A stretch of DNA of 63,050 bases, filler included, from Octopus bimaculoides (taxonomy: Eukaryota), in NCBI RefSeq assembly GCF_001194135.2. It is 5 parts of 4 records of this genome, joined end to end, with 100 filler letters (N's around TTAATTAATTAA, not from the genome) between each part and the next. Parts side by side here need not be neighbours in the genome. Positions count along the whole stretch, not along the records: positions 1 to 4,667 come from NW_026429887.1; positions 4,768 to 24,108 come from NC_068986.1; 3 more parts are not named here. One strand, written 5' to 3'. The position numbers and the translations under genes are program-made. The notes beneath the pieces are model-generated. The model made no database searches. It saw only the letters and a program-made list of their open reading frames with translations, and was not told where the DNA came from. Each line of letters begins with the position of its first letter. The stretch's first letter is position 1. Below are positions 1-12,300 of the stretch, piece after piece.

Positions 1-863
1 AATTTGACTTAGAATTATCCACTGTTCGACAATCACTGATCATTCAATTTTCAGTGTCCTGTTGGGAACTTTGCAACATGATTGATTGCACAGAGACACA
101 TTACTTGCACGACCTTTTCAGTCAGATATGATCATACTGGTGAAGGAGGTTGATTCAATTAATTCAATTAGTTCAATCGCATCCACCAAAGGATCATATT
201 TGGACTGTACACAGAATTACAAAAAGACATAACCTCGGTTTCTCAACCAAATTGGAACTGATATCTCATTTAGAGTTTGTCTGGAGAAATAGACCATTTT
301 CTAGTGGGGAATCGCTTTAAACGCCGTACAAAATGGAAGCAGATCGAGTAAAATGCATCTGGGAATTAAAGTGTCATATTTAGGGTTTTGGAATGGCAAG
401 TATGTTCTATAGCTGTCCAAGTATATCGTTCACACTGTTCATTTCCTGTTGGGTTATATTTGCATGTCTTTTGTGTATTTTGAGTGTCATGCTGTGGTCT
501 CTCAACTGTCCAGTGTCCGTCTAGTTGACCAAACTTCACTCGCGTGAAATTTTTAATTGTACGTAGATGAATGGTGCAACTGTTGGCGAGTCATATCTTC
601 TTTCCTACTAACTAAATATTTCTTATTGTTAGGTTTACTCCATTATCGACTTCTCTCTCAATAGAGGCCTTCATCCAGTGAAAGAAATTATTATGTGCCA
701 TGCACCCAGTGTGATTAAGCTGGTGTCTTCTATAATATACAATGTGTACCTAACAGTATTATATTAATAGTCGAAGGAAGGAGAGCGATCACGCATGGTT
801 GCTGTAGACATTGATCATGTCAAGTTGCTACTTGTTTGCATTGAGTGGTCACAATTCTGCTAA

Positions 864-965
864 TATGGAAATGTGATGAGAATTGCAAGATGGGTTCTTG
901 AAGTGGAGCCAAATGTGAGAAGACCAAAGGGTAAGCCAAGAATGAGATGGTTGGATAATATCCAT
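864..965 (+). mobile_element. RTE-clade LINE C-terminal coding relic
   Basis: Translates to YGNVMRIARWVLEVEPNVRRPKGKPRMRWLDNI, matching the RTE ORF end pattern (W.GHV.R...RP.GRP..RW.D.I). Confidence 0.7.
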
Positions 966-1082
966 TGTCATAGTTGGTCAAACTTGAGAATCCAACAGGA
1001 AAGTGAAAAGATGCCTATTTTTGATAGGACCCTGTGAGGGAGATGACTGAGGACTCTACAGCTACACCTTTTCTCGGAATAT

Positions 1083-1335
1083 TGGTTTCAAATTTTGGCA
1101 CGAGGCCAGCAAATTCTGGGGAGGGGTAAGTCAATTATATCAATCTCAGTGCTCAACTGGTATTCATTTTATTGATCCCGAANNNNNNNNNNATTATATC
1201 AATCTCAGTGCTCAACTGGTATTCATTTTATTGATCCCGAAAGATGAAACATGGAGTCAACCCTGGCGGAATTTTCACTCAGAACGTAAGGTCGGACAAA
1301 ATGCTTAGTGGTATTTTGCCCGGCATGGCTGCTGC
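1083..1335 (-). mobile_element. tRNA-derived SINE, family A (degenerate)
   Basis: Reverse complement of the element seen at 7690-7910 and 37506-37690 (GGTTTCAAATTTTGGCAC...ACTGGTATTCATTTTATTGATCCCGAAAGATGAAA). Confidence 0.8.
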
Positions 1336-1968
1336 CTAACCAAAATAGATAGATGGATAAACGGAAGTGACTGTTTGTGGTCTATCTTGATTATNNNNNN
1401 NNNNTAGATAGATGGATAAACGGAAGTGACTGTTTGTGGTCTATCTTGATTATTTAGGCTCTGAAACTCTATTGCCTACACAAACATTTCTGTTATCTAT
1501 TTACCATAATTATTCTGAAATGTAATTTTCAATTGTTCTTTAAATCTCTTCTCCATATTCATCCTTGGTTTCAACTCTTTATCTTTGTCATGCTTAGAAG
1601 TAGAATCCATCGTCTTATTGTTGCACTGATAAACATTAACAATCCTGTGTTATTAAAAGATGGATTCGTCGAACTCTTCTTAAGAGTACCGCTATCGTTG
1701 AGACGACAGAGGACGTTCGGAGTCTCAGATAGTTGTTGAAATACGACGTGTGAATACATTGTTGCACCTCCGCTTCACTATATCATAAATCTAAACAATA
1801 TAAGACTTAAATATTTCATGTTTCTTCAGAATATTTTAAAACATTTTTCTATTGATATGGTTTCTTTGTTATTTTTATAACAACCTAAAGTACACACCTT
1901 CTATATCATTATTAATGTTGCANNNNNNNNNNNNNNNNNNNNNNNNNNNNNNNNNNNNNNNNNNNNNN

Positions 1969-2142
1969 NTTGAAATTATCAAGTGTGACAATCCCTTGAA
2001 CACTGTAGAACAAAGCTACCAGATGCTGCTCAGATGGGCTACACGTTGTGATCCAGAGACAAATAAACTTGAAACACTGAAAGAATCTCTTAAAAGCGGT
2101 CAATGTTTAACTGCACTTGTGTGTCTATTAAACATAAAGTGA
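1969..2142 (+). CDS. Terminal coding exon encoding the C-terminal half of a death domain; exon start probably ~1925, hidden in the N gap
   Basis: EIIKCDNPLNTVEQSYQMLLRWATRCDPETNKLETLKESLKS...* fits death-domain helices 3-6 (I..DNP....EQ..QML..W.....TL..L...L). TTGCA immediately before the gap looks like a 3' splice acceptor. TGA at 2140-2142; AATAAA near 2401. Confidence 0.6.
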   Translation, partial: XEIIKCDNPLNTVEQSYQMLLRWATRCDPETNKLETLKESLKSGQCLTALVCLLNIK

Positions 2143-4212
2143 ATTTCTGTGTAAATGTTGCTGTCTTGTCCCACATCTAACATAAGTAAACAGAGACATA
2201 TGACTAAATTCCTTCAGCTAAGACCATCATGTCTTTTCCTAAGTGTAGATAATGCAGAACCCTATCGTTCAGTATGTCCCTCTTGACGGTGGTATGTTGT
2301 GAATTGTGGAGAATTTACCGACCAAATAAATGTAGCGTATCTCTTCCACATAGACTCATTTAGTCGTCTGGCTCCCTTATTCTTATAGATTAACTTTTGA
2401 AATAAAGATAAACTTTGAAACGTTCATTTGTTGCTGTTGTAAGTCCAAGCACCCCACTAAACATTTCATTTGTTATATAAACAGTTTTAATATTCTATGA
2501 TATAATATTTTCCATCATTTGTAGCTTAGGGCAGAATGTCTTGTATATATATATATANNNNNNNNNNTATATATATATATGCCTCTTTTCTCTTTATATA
2601 TCACATAGAGATGGTGTTTCTATGTAATATTTGATGTGCCTATGGGTATCTCAGTTCGTCTTGTAGTGATTAAAGACAGATTTTCGCGGGTGGAGAGTGG
2701 TTGCATATTCTTTATTTCATATTCTTTAGGATCATTGTTATTTAATAGTTATTGCAGTCTCTTTCGGTAAACAATAGAGCTCTAGGTTTGTACATATAAA
2801 AACAAATCAAAAAAGTTTAAAATGTTATAACTGTATTGAAAAATCGTGTCGTAATAAATTAATAACACAGTATTTGTGATTTTAATTGCACGTAACTGAG
2901 TAAATGATTGTGAGTCTCATTTNNNNNNNNNNNNNNNNNNNNNNNNNNNNNNNNNNTTGCCCTACAATATTTAACTTCATACTCCTCGACATTTATCGCA
3001 TTTTGATTTGCAATACAATTGCAAGATATTTGCGTCATAGACTGCGATAAAGTTGTAATTGNNNNNNNNNNACTTCCTGTGGCTATTAAAATTGCGTAAT
3101 GTTGCCGAAAGCTCCACCTTGCAAACATTAGTGGAACTAGGTAGGAAGACTCGTAAGAAATATCCATTTGTTATTGGATTCTTTGTGAGAAGAGTGAACA
3201 AAACTGGTTGTTCTGAAATTAAATACAAAAATATTCAAATTACATCAAATTTATTTCAGTAATTGATCGCCAATTCAATTAGAAATCATTAGTATTCAAA
3301 CAAATTATTTGGTATGAAAGTATGTAGAGCTCCGAAAACTGGGAATGAACTAATATTCACACATGTGATGCAAAAACACATAAAAAAGTATGGTAAAAAT
3401 TATTGTTCTTCCTGAAAGTTGTATGAAATAAAAGTTACTGTTTTATATAAAGTTATAGGAAAGTATTTAGTTTTAAATTTTATCTGTAACAATAAACATA
3501 TTTACAAAATTGCTGGTTTTGAAATACTGAGAAAATATAATTGCATTACTGACTCTGTAAAACTAAAAAAGTGTGATGAACCCAAATCAGTTCTTTACGG
3601 AGTGAAATCTTCATCGTGTTCTACTCAGAGATTGTCAAAAATAATTTTCATAGTATCAAAAACAAAATATGTTGCCCATAGATATGTGGTCAAATCTATA
3701 AAAGAGTAAAACCAAAGAAAATAATGAAGATATAACTGAAAAGAGTCGGAGAAGAATCATGAATTCACAATTAATTAATCCTCTGAGTACCACAGTTTCA
3801 CATGAAAAAGAGGAAATATAATGGTTTTACTTTGTCAAATATTGAAAGAATACCTGTTTGTTTAATTTGAAAGGATTCTTTGATGTCTTTACGTATGAAG
3901 CCTACAAAAATTAAACCATTTTGTTTCAAGACGTTCGTTTTATAAAAGTAAGCATATAGAATTGTTTAGAAAGAATATTGGAATCTTTCAGTAGACAGGA
4001 GCAACGTCTTGAGANNNNNNNNNNNNNNNNNNNNNNNNNNNNNNNNNNNNNNNNNNNNNNNNNNNNNNNNNNNNNNNNNNNNNNNNNNNNNNNNNNNNNN
4101 NNNNNNNNNNNNNNNNNNNNNNNNNNNNNNNNNNNNNNNNNNNNNNNNNNNNNNNNNNNNNNNNNNNNNNNNNNNNNNNNNNNNNNNNNNNNNNNNNNNN
4201 NNNNNNNNNNTT

Positions 4213-4488
4213 GGTAATTTAGTTTCAGAGATTAATGATGATTAATTAGAGCAAGGTATTGGAAGATTTTAAAAAGTCTCTCAACATTCAATTCCATTAG
4301 ATGAAATGACAAAAATTACAAACTATAACATAGAATAGGGTCCAGAAAGACTTATACTGTTGATTGTTAGATGGAAACTGTGTTTCAGAGAAGTAGGCCT
4401 TGGATTTTATAACCGTATTGGATTATATAATAAAGGTATAGCTATGATAGGGAGAGAAATTGGAGTTCAAGTTAAAACTATAAAGTAA
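4213..4488 (+). pseudogene. Possible decayed death-domain-like coding relic
   Basis: One frame reads GNLVSEINDD*LEQGIGRF*KVSQHSIPLDEMTKITNYNIE*GPERLILLIVRWKLCFREVGLG...KGIAMIGREI, with 3 internal stops. The hydrophobic spacing resembles a death fold. Confidence 0.3.
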
Positions 4489-4767
4489 AAACAAATCCTA
4501 TTTCTTTCATATATGGTATGATTCACATAGAAGTGTATCTCATGAAATTTCTGCAGACCTAATGTACTGTTTACAAGATACAGTTAAAATTATTAACGTT
4601 ATTAAAATTCTAGCTCTTAATAGTTTCTTCTGTGATAAACTGATATCCAATTTCAGCAATCTTTTATNNNNNNNNNNNNNNNNNNNNNNNNNNNNNNNNN
4701 NNNNNNNNNNNTTAATTAATTAANNNNNNNNNNNNNNNNNNNNNNNNNNNNNNNNNNNNNNNNNNNN

Positions 4768-4798
<31 letters not shown>

Positions 4799-4807
4799 TA
4801 TATGTAT

Positions 4808-5320
4808 GTTCTGAGTTCAAAGGTCGACTTTGACTTTAATCGTTTCGGGTCGATGAAATAACTATCAGTTTAGCACTGGAGTCTCCCTTCCTGTAAATTT
4901 CAGGCCTTATGCCTATAGTAGAAAAGATTATCATTATTGTTATTATTATTACTATTAAGTTAATAACTTCCAGCGCAGTGCTAAGCTGGTACTTTATGCT
5001 ATCGACCCCGAGGAGATGAACGCTAACCCTGTAACTAGTTTTTAGCAGTAATTACTAGAAAAAAAATAACGATTGCATTTATCGTCACCAGCGTTCATGA
5101 GAACTACATTTTTTGAAAATAATCTGGTGAAAATTTGAAAGCAACTTCAAACGGTTAGAAGAAATTTAACAAGAACCAGCACAGCTACAAGCCCATTGCA
5201 TTGAACTAAGAGCTTAACGGGTATTTATTTTATCGTTGATCCTAAAAAGTTGACCTCAGTAGGATTTGAACTCAGAACATAAAGAGCTGGAAAAAAAGGC
5301 GCTAACGATTCTGCCAGCTC
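4808..5320. mobile_element. Cluster of degenerate SINE family A fragments (+ at ~4808-4940; - at ~4970-5020 and ~5180-5320)
   Basis: GTTCTGAGTTCAAA B-box-like segment, GGTACTT..ATCGACCCCG core, and GCTAACGATTCTGCCAGCTC (reverse complement of the head). Confidence 0.65.
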
Positions 5321-5613
5321 TTCAGTTTATCGATATGTTTGCACGCTCGAGAAAATGCTCAAGGGCATTCCGTCCGTTTTTTACATGTTTGGTTCTGAGA
5401 GTGAGGAGAAGGAAGGGAAATAACGAGAGAAGAAAGAGTGAGAAAGAGAGAGAGAGAGAGGGAAAGAGAGAGGGAAAGAAAGAGAGAGAGAGAGAGTTAA
5501 ATGAAAATATTTGGAATAGGTGAAGGCTAAAAGTATGTGTGGGTGAGAGCAAGGGAAGAACGTAAAAGAATGATTAAGTGCCAGGGTGATGATGAAGGTA
5601 AGGAAGAGAGATA

Positions 5614-6267
5614 GGATCTATTTCAAAACGGGGGCGCCAGTATTTTCTTAACGAAACACTAACGAAACACTTTGAAACTTGGGACACTGATAGAATGTGT
5701 CATATAAAACATCTTTTTCTCTTAGTCTTCTTAACAATAAAACGTACATCGCAAGTTATTTCATGTTAAAGTTGTCGTATTTCTGTAATTTCAACCAATC
5801 ACTGACGTCTATTCAGCTGAATAGAGTTACTGCTGNNNNNNNNNNNNNNNNNNNNNNNNNNNNNNNNNNNNNNNNNNNNNNNNNNNNNNNNNNNNNNNNN
5901 NNNNNNNNNNNNNNNNNNNNNNNNNNNNNNNNNNNNNNNNNNNNNNNNNNNNNNNNNNNNNNNNNNNNNNNNNNNNNNNNNNNNNNNNNNNNNNNNNNNN
6001 NNNNNNNNNACAGTCTAGTTAGGGTTAGGGGATTAATACGATATACACCGTTACAGCGCTAACTGTTTTCAACTGAATAGACGTCAGTGATTAGTAGAAA
6101 TTATCGAAATAGGACAATTTTTTACAAGAAATAAATTCGAATACAAAAATTTTTTTCTGTTCTATAACACAAAATAGATAAGTATACGAAGTTTGAAAGT
6201 CTTTCGGTACCAAAAACACTACATAAAACATAAATGAAAACTGGTGCCCCCGTTTTGAAATAGATCC
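5614..6267. mobile_element. Non-autonomous DNA transposon (MITE-like) with 28-bp terminal inverted repeats
   Basis: GGATCTATTTCAAAACGGGGGCGCCAGT (5614-5641) and ACTGGTGCCCCCGTTTTGAAATAGATCC (6240-6267) differ by 1 mismatch. An internal inverted repeat AATCACTGACGTCTATTCAG / CTGAATAGACGTCAGTGATT is also present. Confidence 0.8.
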
Positions 6268-6544
6268 GAGAGATATGACGGGCTTGGAGGAGTGGTAGGG
6301 TGATTATGTGTGCGTGCGTGCGTGTGTGTGTGTGTATGTGTGTGTGTTTGTGTGTGTGTATGTGCGTGTGTATGTGTGTGTGTGTGTGTAACCATGATGT
6401 TCCGGTGATATGATGAGTTAACTTTCTTTATTTGCATTAATTTACAATTATGCAATTGTATTATATAATTCGAGCACACATATTGATGCAAAAAATGTAT
6501 GTATAAATTTTGCATACCAAAATTAATACTATTTGAAGAATGTT

Positions 6545-6910
6545 ACGAAACAGCTGTAATCATATTGTAGACATGCTGGGGCACCACCTTGTAGAATATT
6601 AGTCGAACAAATCGACTCCCAATCTGGTACTTATTTTATCGATTCTTTTGCCAAACCGCTAAGTTAGAAACATAAACAAACCAACACCGGTTAGTTTTGT
6701 TTATGATTGTGGAGGACACAAACACACACACACACACACACACACGTATACGACAAACTTTCATTTATATTCTGCTGAATCAACTCACCAGGCTTTGGTC
6801 GGCTCAAGGCTATAGTAGAAGACATTTCCACAAAGTTCCACGCAGTGGAACCGAAACCCAGAGCCATGTGGTTGGAGAGTAAACATCTTACCACACAACC
6901 ACGCGCATGG
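6545..6910 (-). mobile_element. SINE family B with internal (CA)n
   Basis: Shares GGCTTTGGTCGGC..AGGCTATAGTAGAAGACA and CATGTGGTTGG...CTTACCACAC with the copies at 20795-21209 and 48657-48957. Confidence 0.8.
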
Positions 6911-7021
6911 CTAAATAAGCATATAGTACGCTTATAAATAGAGATGTAAATGTGAAATAGATAGATATAACGTTAAAGTGTTTATATGAGTGGCACACTA
7001 TGGCCCTACCCACAGGATACG

Positions 7022-7052
<31 letters not shown>

Positions 7053-7158
7053 GTAAGCACACACAACTATATAGAACAAAGGCACTTACAGGGACATTTC
7101 GCTATTACGAAAAGCATTTTATGTTCGAATATCATTTTAGGCGCGTGTCCCTGTGTTT

Positions 7159-7213
<55 letters not shown>

Positions 7214-7530
7214 CAAGAGACCATTCATAGAGTCAGCTTATCAAGGCACGTGTGCACAGCTCATGAATTCAAAATGGACACACGCACAATGACTTACGCC
7301 AAACTCCAGATGAAACTTTAGTCTTGCACGTTAACAAAATAAATAGAACTCAATTCAATGGACAACGGCTTGACATTATCCGTTTTTTTTGTTGTTTTTC
7401 TTCAGCCCTTTCACTACAGGTATATCCTTCGCTTCTATTATTTCTTGTCTCTTATTTCGTCCTTCTACTGTCTTTAACGTTTTGGGCCTCGGTAATCAAT
7501 AAGCAAATATATGAATGAGCATAATAACAG

Positions 7531-7579
<49 letters not shown>

Positions 7580-7673
7580 TTTTGTTGTAGTTGCTGTCTT
7601 CTTCTTCTTCTTCTTCTTCTTCTTCTTCTTCTTCTTCTTCTTCTTCTTCTTCTTCTTCTTCTTCTTCTTCTTT
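7531..7673. repeat. Compound (CAT)n and (CTT)n trinucleotide microsatellite
   Basis: Directly visible runs. Confidence 0.95.
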
Positions 7674-7689
7674 TCTATTTTTGTCCGCT

Positions 7690-7910
7690 CAAATCGGTGA
7701 GTTGCCATTGTCACCGTTATCGCGCCGGACAAAATGTTTAGCGGTATTTTGTCCGTCTTTACGTTCTGAGTTCAAATACTGCCTGGAGGATTCGGCTTTT
7801 ATCCTTTCGGAATCGATAGCATAAGTACCAGTTGAACACTAGTGTCGATATAATCGACTTATCCTCTCCCCTGAACTTGCTGGCCTTGTGCCAAAATTTG
7901 AAACTATTAT
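7690..7910 (+). mobile_element. tRNA-derived SINE, family A
   Basis: Head-like segment, GTTCTGAGTTCAAAT B-box-like motif, ATAAGTACCAGTTGAACAC core, and end CTGGCCTTGTGCCAAAATTTGAAAC with an (ATT)n tail. Confidence 0.85.
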
Positions 7911-7949
7911 TATTTGTCAGCACAAGTTATGTTTTGTTTAGCTCCTTAA

Positions 7950-8280
7950 ATTTGAAGGGAAAAGATTTGCCAATTGGTGGTGTGACTAAGAAACCCTACA
8001 GATCCCGAGTCACCCTACTCACAGGAGTACCATTGTAAATATTCCCCTCTCCTTCGTAAATTCCAGCCTCAGAGTAATTCCATTTACTCTGGCCATTCTC
8101 ATCACATTTTCACGTCTTTCAATAAATTGACTGGGAGGTAGCATCTCACTCTTCACCCCCACTTTCTCACTTTCGTTTCCAAATGGAACCGGAAAATTTG
8201 ACGAGGGCTTGGCCGAAGTGAAAAGTGCTTATCTTCAACCCTTTCAGTCGCATCCACTGCACAACATCTTCCGCTCCAGC
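7950..8280 (-). mobile_element. Degenerate LINE 3' coding relic (possibly L1/Tx1-like)
   Basis: The minus strand yields FRFHLETKVRK..KSEMLPPSQFIERRENVMRMARVNGITLRLEF across frameshifts, resembling LINE ORF2 ends. Confidence 0.4.
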
Positions 8281-8339
8281 CAGCGAAAAAGAAATAATAA
8301 TTCTTTTTAATTTTAACCGAAGACCAGCAATTTTGATGA

Positions 8340-8528
8340 GAGAGGGGACAAGCCGATTACAACGACCTCAGAGTTTGACTGGTACTTTATTTGACCGACG
8401 CCGAAAAGGATGAAAGACAAAGTCACCCCCAGTGGATTTTGAACTCAGAATCTGAAGACAGACGAAATACTGCTAAGCACGAAAAGCCGCTAGCCCGGCG
8501 TGCTAACGGTGCTGCCAGCTCGGTGCTT
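8340..8528 (-). mobile_element. tRNA-derived SINE, family A
   Basis: ACTGGTACTTTATTTGACCGA..AAAGGATGAAAGACAAAGTC...TTTGAACTCAGAA...GCCCGGCGTGCTAACGGTGCTGCCAGCTCG. Confidence 0.8.
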
Positions 8529-8869
8529 CATCTCCTTTTCATAGTACCACCTGGACATCATTCTTTAAGCCAGTTTTCCAGTTTTCGCCTTCTTCCTTTC
8601 GCCGAGAAGAGCAGGTAGTTTTCCACTGATTAGTAATGTGGGTGGGTTACTATTATGTATGTTATTTGTACTCATTCATTTGTCTGTTTATTCTGTGCAT
8701 TTACATCAGTTTTGTTTTGTCCTAATGTATTGTATAACGTCCTTAGCTCTGCCTTCTTTTTCTCTTTATAACCGCATTCGTACACCGCCACGCGTTTTTA
8801 AACACCTTTGTAACACTTCCATATTGTATATATATGAAAGGGTCCTGGTGGCAATGATAAAGAACCTAT

Positions 8870-8904
8870 TATTATTGTTGTTGTTGCTATTATTATTATC
8901 ATTG

Positions 8905-8968
<64 letters not shown>

Positions 8969-9115
8969 CAGCGATATTATCGTCGACGTCGTCGTCCTCC
9001 CCTCCTTCTCCTTCTCTCCCTTCTCCCTCCTCCTTCTCTTCCTTATACTCTTCCCTCTCTTTCTCCTCCTTCCCCTCTTTCTTCTCTTTCTCATCATCAT
9101 CATCATCATCATTAT
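8870..9115. repeat. (ATT)n, (GTC)n, CT-rich and (CAT)n simple repeats
   Basis: Directly visible; these repeats explain the ORFs at 8638-9228 and 8766-9155. Confidence 0.9.
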
Positions 9116-9434
9116 CATTTATATACTGCGATCGAACTGATCGACTGCACTCCAAGGTGAATGACCTTGTGTTTGATTATTACTTTATTGATTTATTTAT
9201 TTACTCTTTTTCACTCGTTGAACGATGATGACCACGCTGGTGCACGGCCTTCGGCGATATTTTAACTCAGCACCTTAACCTTGTCAAGTACTTATTCCAT
9301 TATCATCGTAAGGAAGGAAACCCTAACTGACCCCCATCCCCCACCTCTTGACGTAAATGGATACAACTCGGTTAGGATATTTAATAAAAACTGGGAGCCC
9401 ACATAGATACCTCATGCAGAACACCTCTTCATCA

Positions 9435-10020
9435 CGCTGGACCAGTTCGTTGCAACGTACTAGTTGCGGCGCACTGGTTCGCTGTAGCGGACCAGTTCGT
9501 TAAGGCGGACCAGTTCGTTAAGGCGGACCAGTTCGTTAAGGCGAACCAGTTCGTTAAGGCGGACCAGTTTGTTAAAGCGGACCAGTTCGTTAAGGCGGAC
9601 CAGTTCGTTACGGTGGACCAGGACTTTGCGGCGGACCAGTTCGTTACGGCAGACCAGTTCGTTGCGGCGCACCAGTTCATTGCAACGCACCGGTTCGCTG
9701 CAGTGGACCAGTTCTTTGCAGTAGACCTGTTCGTTGCGGCGGACCAGTTCGTTACGGCGGACAATTTCGTTTCGGCAGATCAATTCGTTACAGCGGATCA
9801 GTTCGTTGCGGCGCACCAGTTCGTTTCGGCGTATCAATTTGTTGCGGTAGAGCATTTCGTCGCAACGTACCAGTTTCTCGTGGCACATTAGTTTGTCTAG
9901 GAGCACCAAAATCCCACGCGGCACATCAGTTCGTTGTAGCGCACCAGTTTATCGCAGCAGTTCACAGCTGGGAACTAGTTCGTCGCAGCGAATCGATTTC
10001 AAATCGCACCAAATCGTCGT
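9435..10020. repeat. GC-rich 18-bp minisatellite (consensus GCGGACCAGTTCGTT[A/G]NN), roughly 30 units
   Basis: Seven near-identical units GCGGACCAGTTCGTTAAG at 9487-9612, with more diverged units on both sides. Confidence 0.95.
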
Positions 10021-10418
10021 GGGACACCATTTCATTGCGGCGGATAGTTTGCAAGCGACTGCCTAAGTGCGATTCATTTGTCTCTGTTTTTTGTTCCCGA
10101 GACTACGCTGTATTCATTCAAGAAATATTTCATTCAAGGAATTTTCTGTATTTCATTCAAGAAATATTCAACTGGAATCAGCTATTTCCTTATAGATTTT
10201 TCTCTTTTCTTTTTATAATAGACTGGAATTCTTCGACTAGTACTTCCACTCACAGTTTTCATTTAACTATGCAGGTGTTAGTTGACTGTGAAGTACTTCT
10301 ATACCATAGGTTTCTTATGGCAGCTCGACAGCTACAGTTCGATTGTAACATTTGTTGCACTTATCTATATACAATTTCCCTCAGACGTAACATATCGATT
10401 GATTCAGAGTGAGGGAGG

Positions 10419-10450
<32 letters not shown>

Positions 10451-11996
10451 GAGTGAGAGAGAGAGAGAGAGAGAGAGAAGAGGAAGGATGTGTTTTTTGT
10501 AGACAATACTTAAGATGTATATGTTGAAGGCAATCGTTAATAATCGATCGCTTCGATGATGTTAAACTAGGTGGTGGATGAGAGCAATAGATTCTTTTCC
10601 TGCAGATTTGGGACAGAGCTGGAACAAAAGTATGTAATTAAAATTGAATTATTACTTACTCATTAAGTACAGCCACTCAAGTTTGGTGAAGGAGTTACCA
10701 AAATGTCTCCTGCTTAGCCTCTAAAGCGTATAAGAATTGACTTGGAGTTACGAAAAAGTACAAAAGCAACGGCTGCAGCAACAGCCACAGCAACTACAAC
10801 AGCGTTGACAATAACAACAACTACAGGAACAATAACTATCTTGGGTCTCTATCTGCTGGTCACTAAATAGATTTCAGATCACCAATGTAATTTATAAATT
10901 CATCAGATTAGAGGAGTTACTGATTTCTGCTTGTTTGCCAATAAGCTATATATCAGATGTTCTTGACGCTAAACAACAACAACAAAAACAACAACAACAA
11001 CAACAACGACAGCGATGACAACAACAACAACAGCAACAACCACATCGAAGCTATATTTGCACGCCACTAAATGAAGCCCAAATCACCAATGTAATCATTT
11101 ATCAATCCAAATACAAGCGGAAAATACAAGTATTACATTTTTACGACGGAAGGTTATGAATCTGTAACAAACAATTATGGAACATATATAATATAACTAA
11201 AACGAAAACGAGATAAAAATATACAATATACAGTTTTGGCCTAAAGTCACCCGACAGTAAATCAAAATTCCATAAATACTATCCGTAGTTCTGTATTGAC
11301 TCGAATGGAAGAATGTGTCGCTCAAGGATTTCAGCTTGAACGATTTTAATGATGTTTCATATTTAAATGTTTTTATTAAATTCATTCAGTTGTTAAACGT
11401 AAATAAATCTTGGAANNNNNNNNNNNNNNNNNNNNNNNNNNNNNNNNNNNNNNNNNNNNNNNNNNNNNNNNNNNNNNNNNNNNNNNNNNNNNNNNNNNNN
11501 NNNNNNNNNNNNNNNNNNNNNNNNNNNNNNNNNNNNNNNNNNNNNNNNNNNNNNNNNNNNNNNNNNNNNNNNNNNNNNNNNNNNNNNNNNNNNNNNNNNN
11601 NNNNNNNNNNNNNNNNNNNNNNNNNNNNNNNNNNNNNNNNNNNNNNNNNNNNNNNNNNNNNNNNNNNNNNNNNNNNNNNNNNNNNNNNNNNNNNNNNNNN
11701 NNNNNNNNNNNNNNNNNNNNNNNNNNNNNNNNNNNNNNNNNNNNNNNNNNNNNNNNNNNNNNNNNNNNNNNNNNNNNNNNNNNNNNNNNNNNNNNNNNNN
11801 NNNNNNNNNNNNNNNNNNNNNNNNNNNNNNNNNNNNNNNNNNNNNNNNNNNNNNNNNNNNNNNNNNNNNNNNNNNNNNNNNNNNNNNNNNNNNNNNNNNN
11901 NNNNNNNNNNNNNNNNNNNNNNNNNNNNNNNNNNNNNNNNNNNNNNNNNNNNNNNNNNNNNNNNNNNNNNNNNNNNNNNNNNNNNNNNNNNNNNNN

Positions 11997-12061
<65 letters not shown>

Positions 12062-12267
12062 GTTTTCGGAGTGTTGTATGTGTGTACAGGCAAAAACGAA
12101 TTTTCTTTTTTTAAGACGATACGATAAGTAGAGATTGAAGAAGATTTGACTATTACTTTCTGTTGGTCGAGCTACAGAACAAAGGCTACATCAAGTATCA
12201 AGTTATTAAATGAATTACAATTATTAACGCTTTTCTTACCACCACAAATTAGGTAACATCATATTAA

Positions 12268-12300
<33 letters not shown>

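Noticed and set aside
1-780. Several 40-55-codon open frames upstream of the death-domain exon
   Set aside because: I could not assign homology or consistent splice phases.
1135-1454. Exact ~48-bp direct duplications either side of 10-N gaps (1135-1241, 1345-1454)
   Set aside because: These are unmerged overlapping contig ends.
3419-3709. 96-aa AT-rich ORF
   Set aside because: No recognisable domain or splice structure; compatible with chance or a decayed relic.
4712-4723. TTAATTAATTAA inside N runs, also at 24153-24164, 33522-33533 and 60168-60179
   Set aside because: An identical all-frame stop linker centred in ~100-bp gaps is an assembly gap marker, not biology.
10606-10629. IWDRAGTK resembling the Rab G3 motif IWDTAGQE
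   Set aside because: Key residues differ and no other GTPase motifs or exons were found.
11315-12127. Long ORFs consisting mostly of X (also 14334-15503, 17418-18053, 36306-37048, 49927-50487, 51454-52293, 55909-56523)
   Set aside because: They are open only because they span N gaps.
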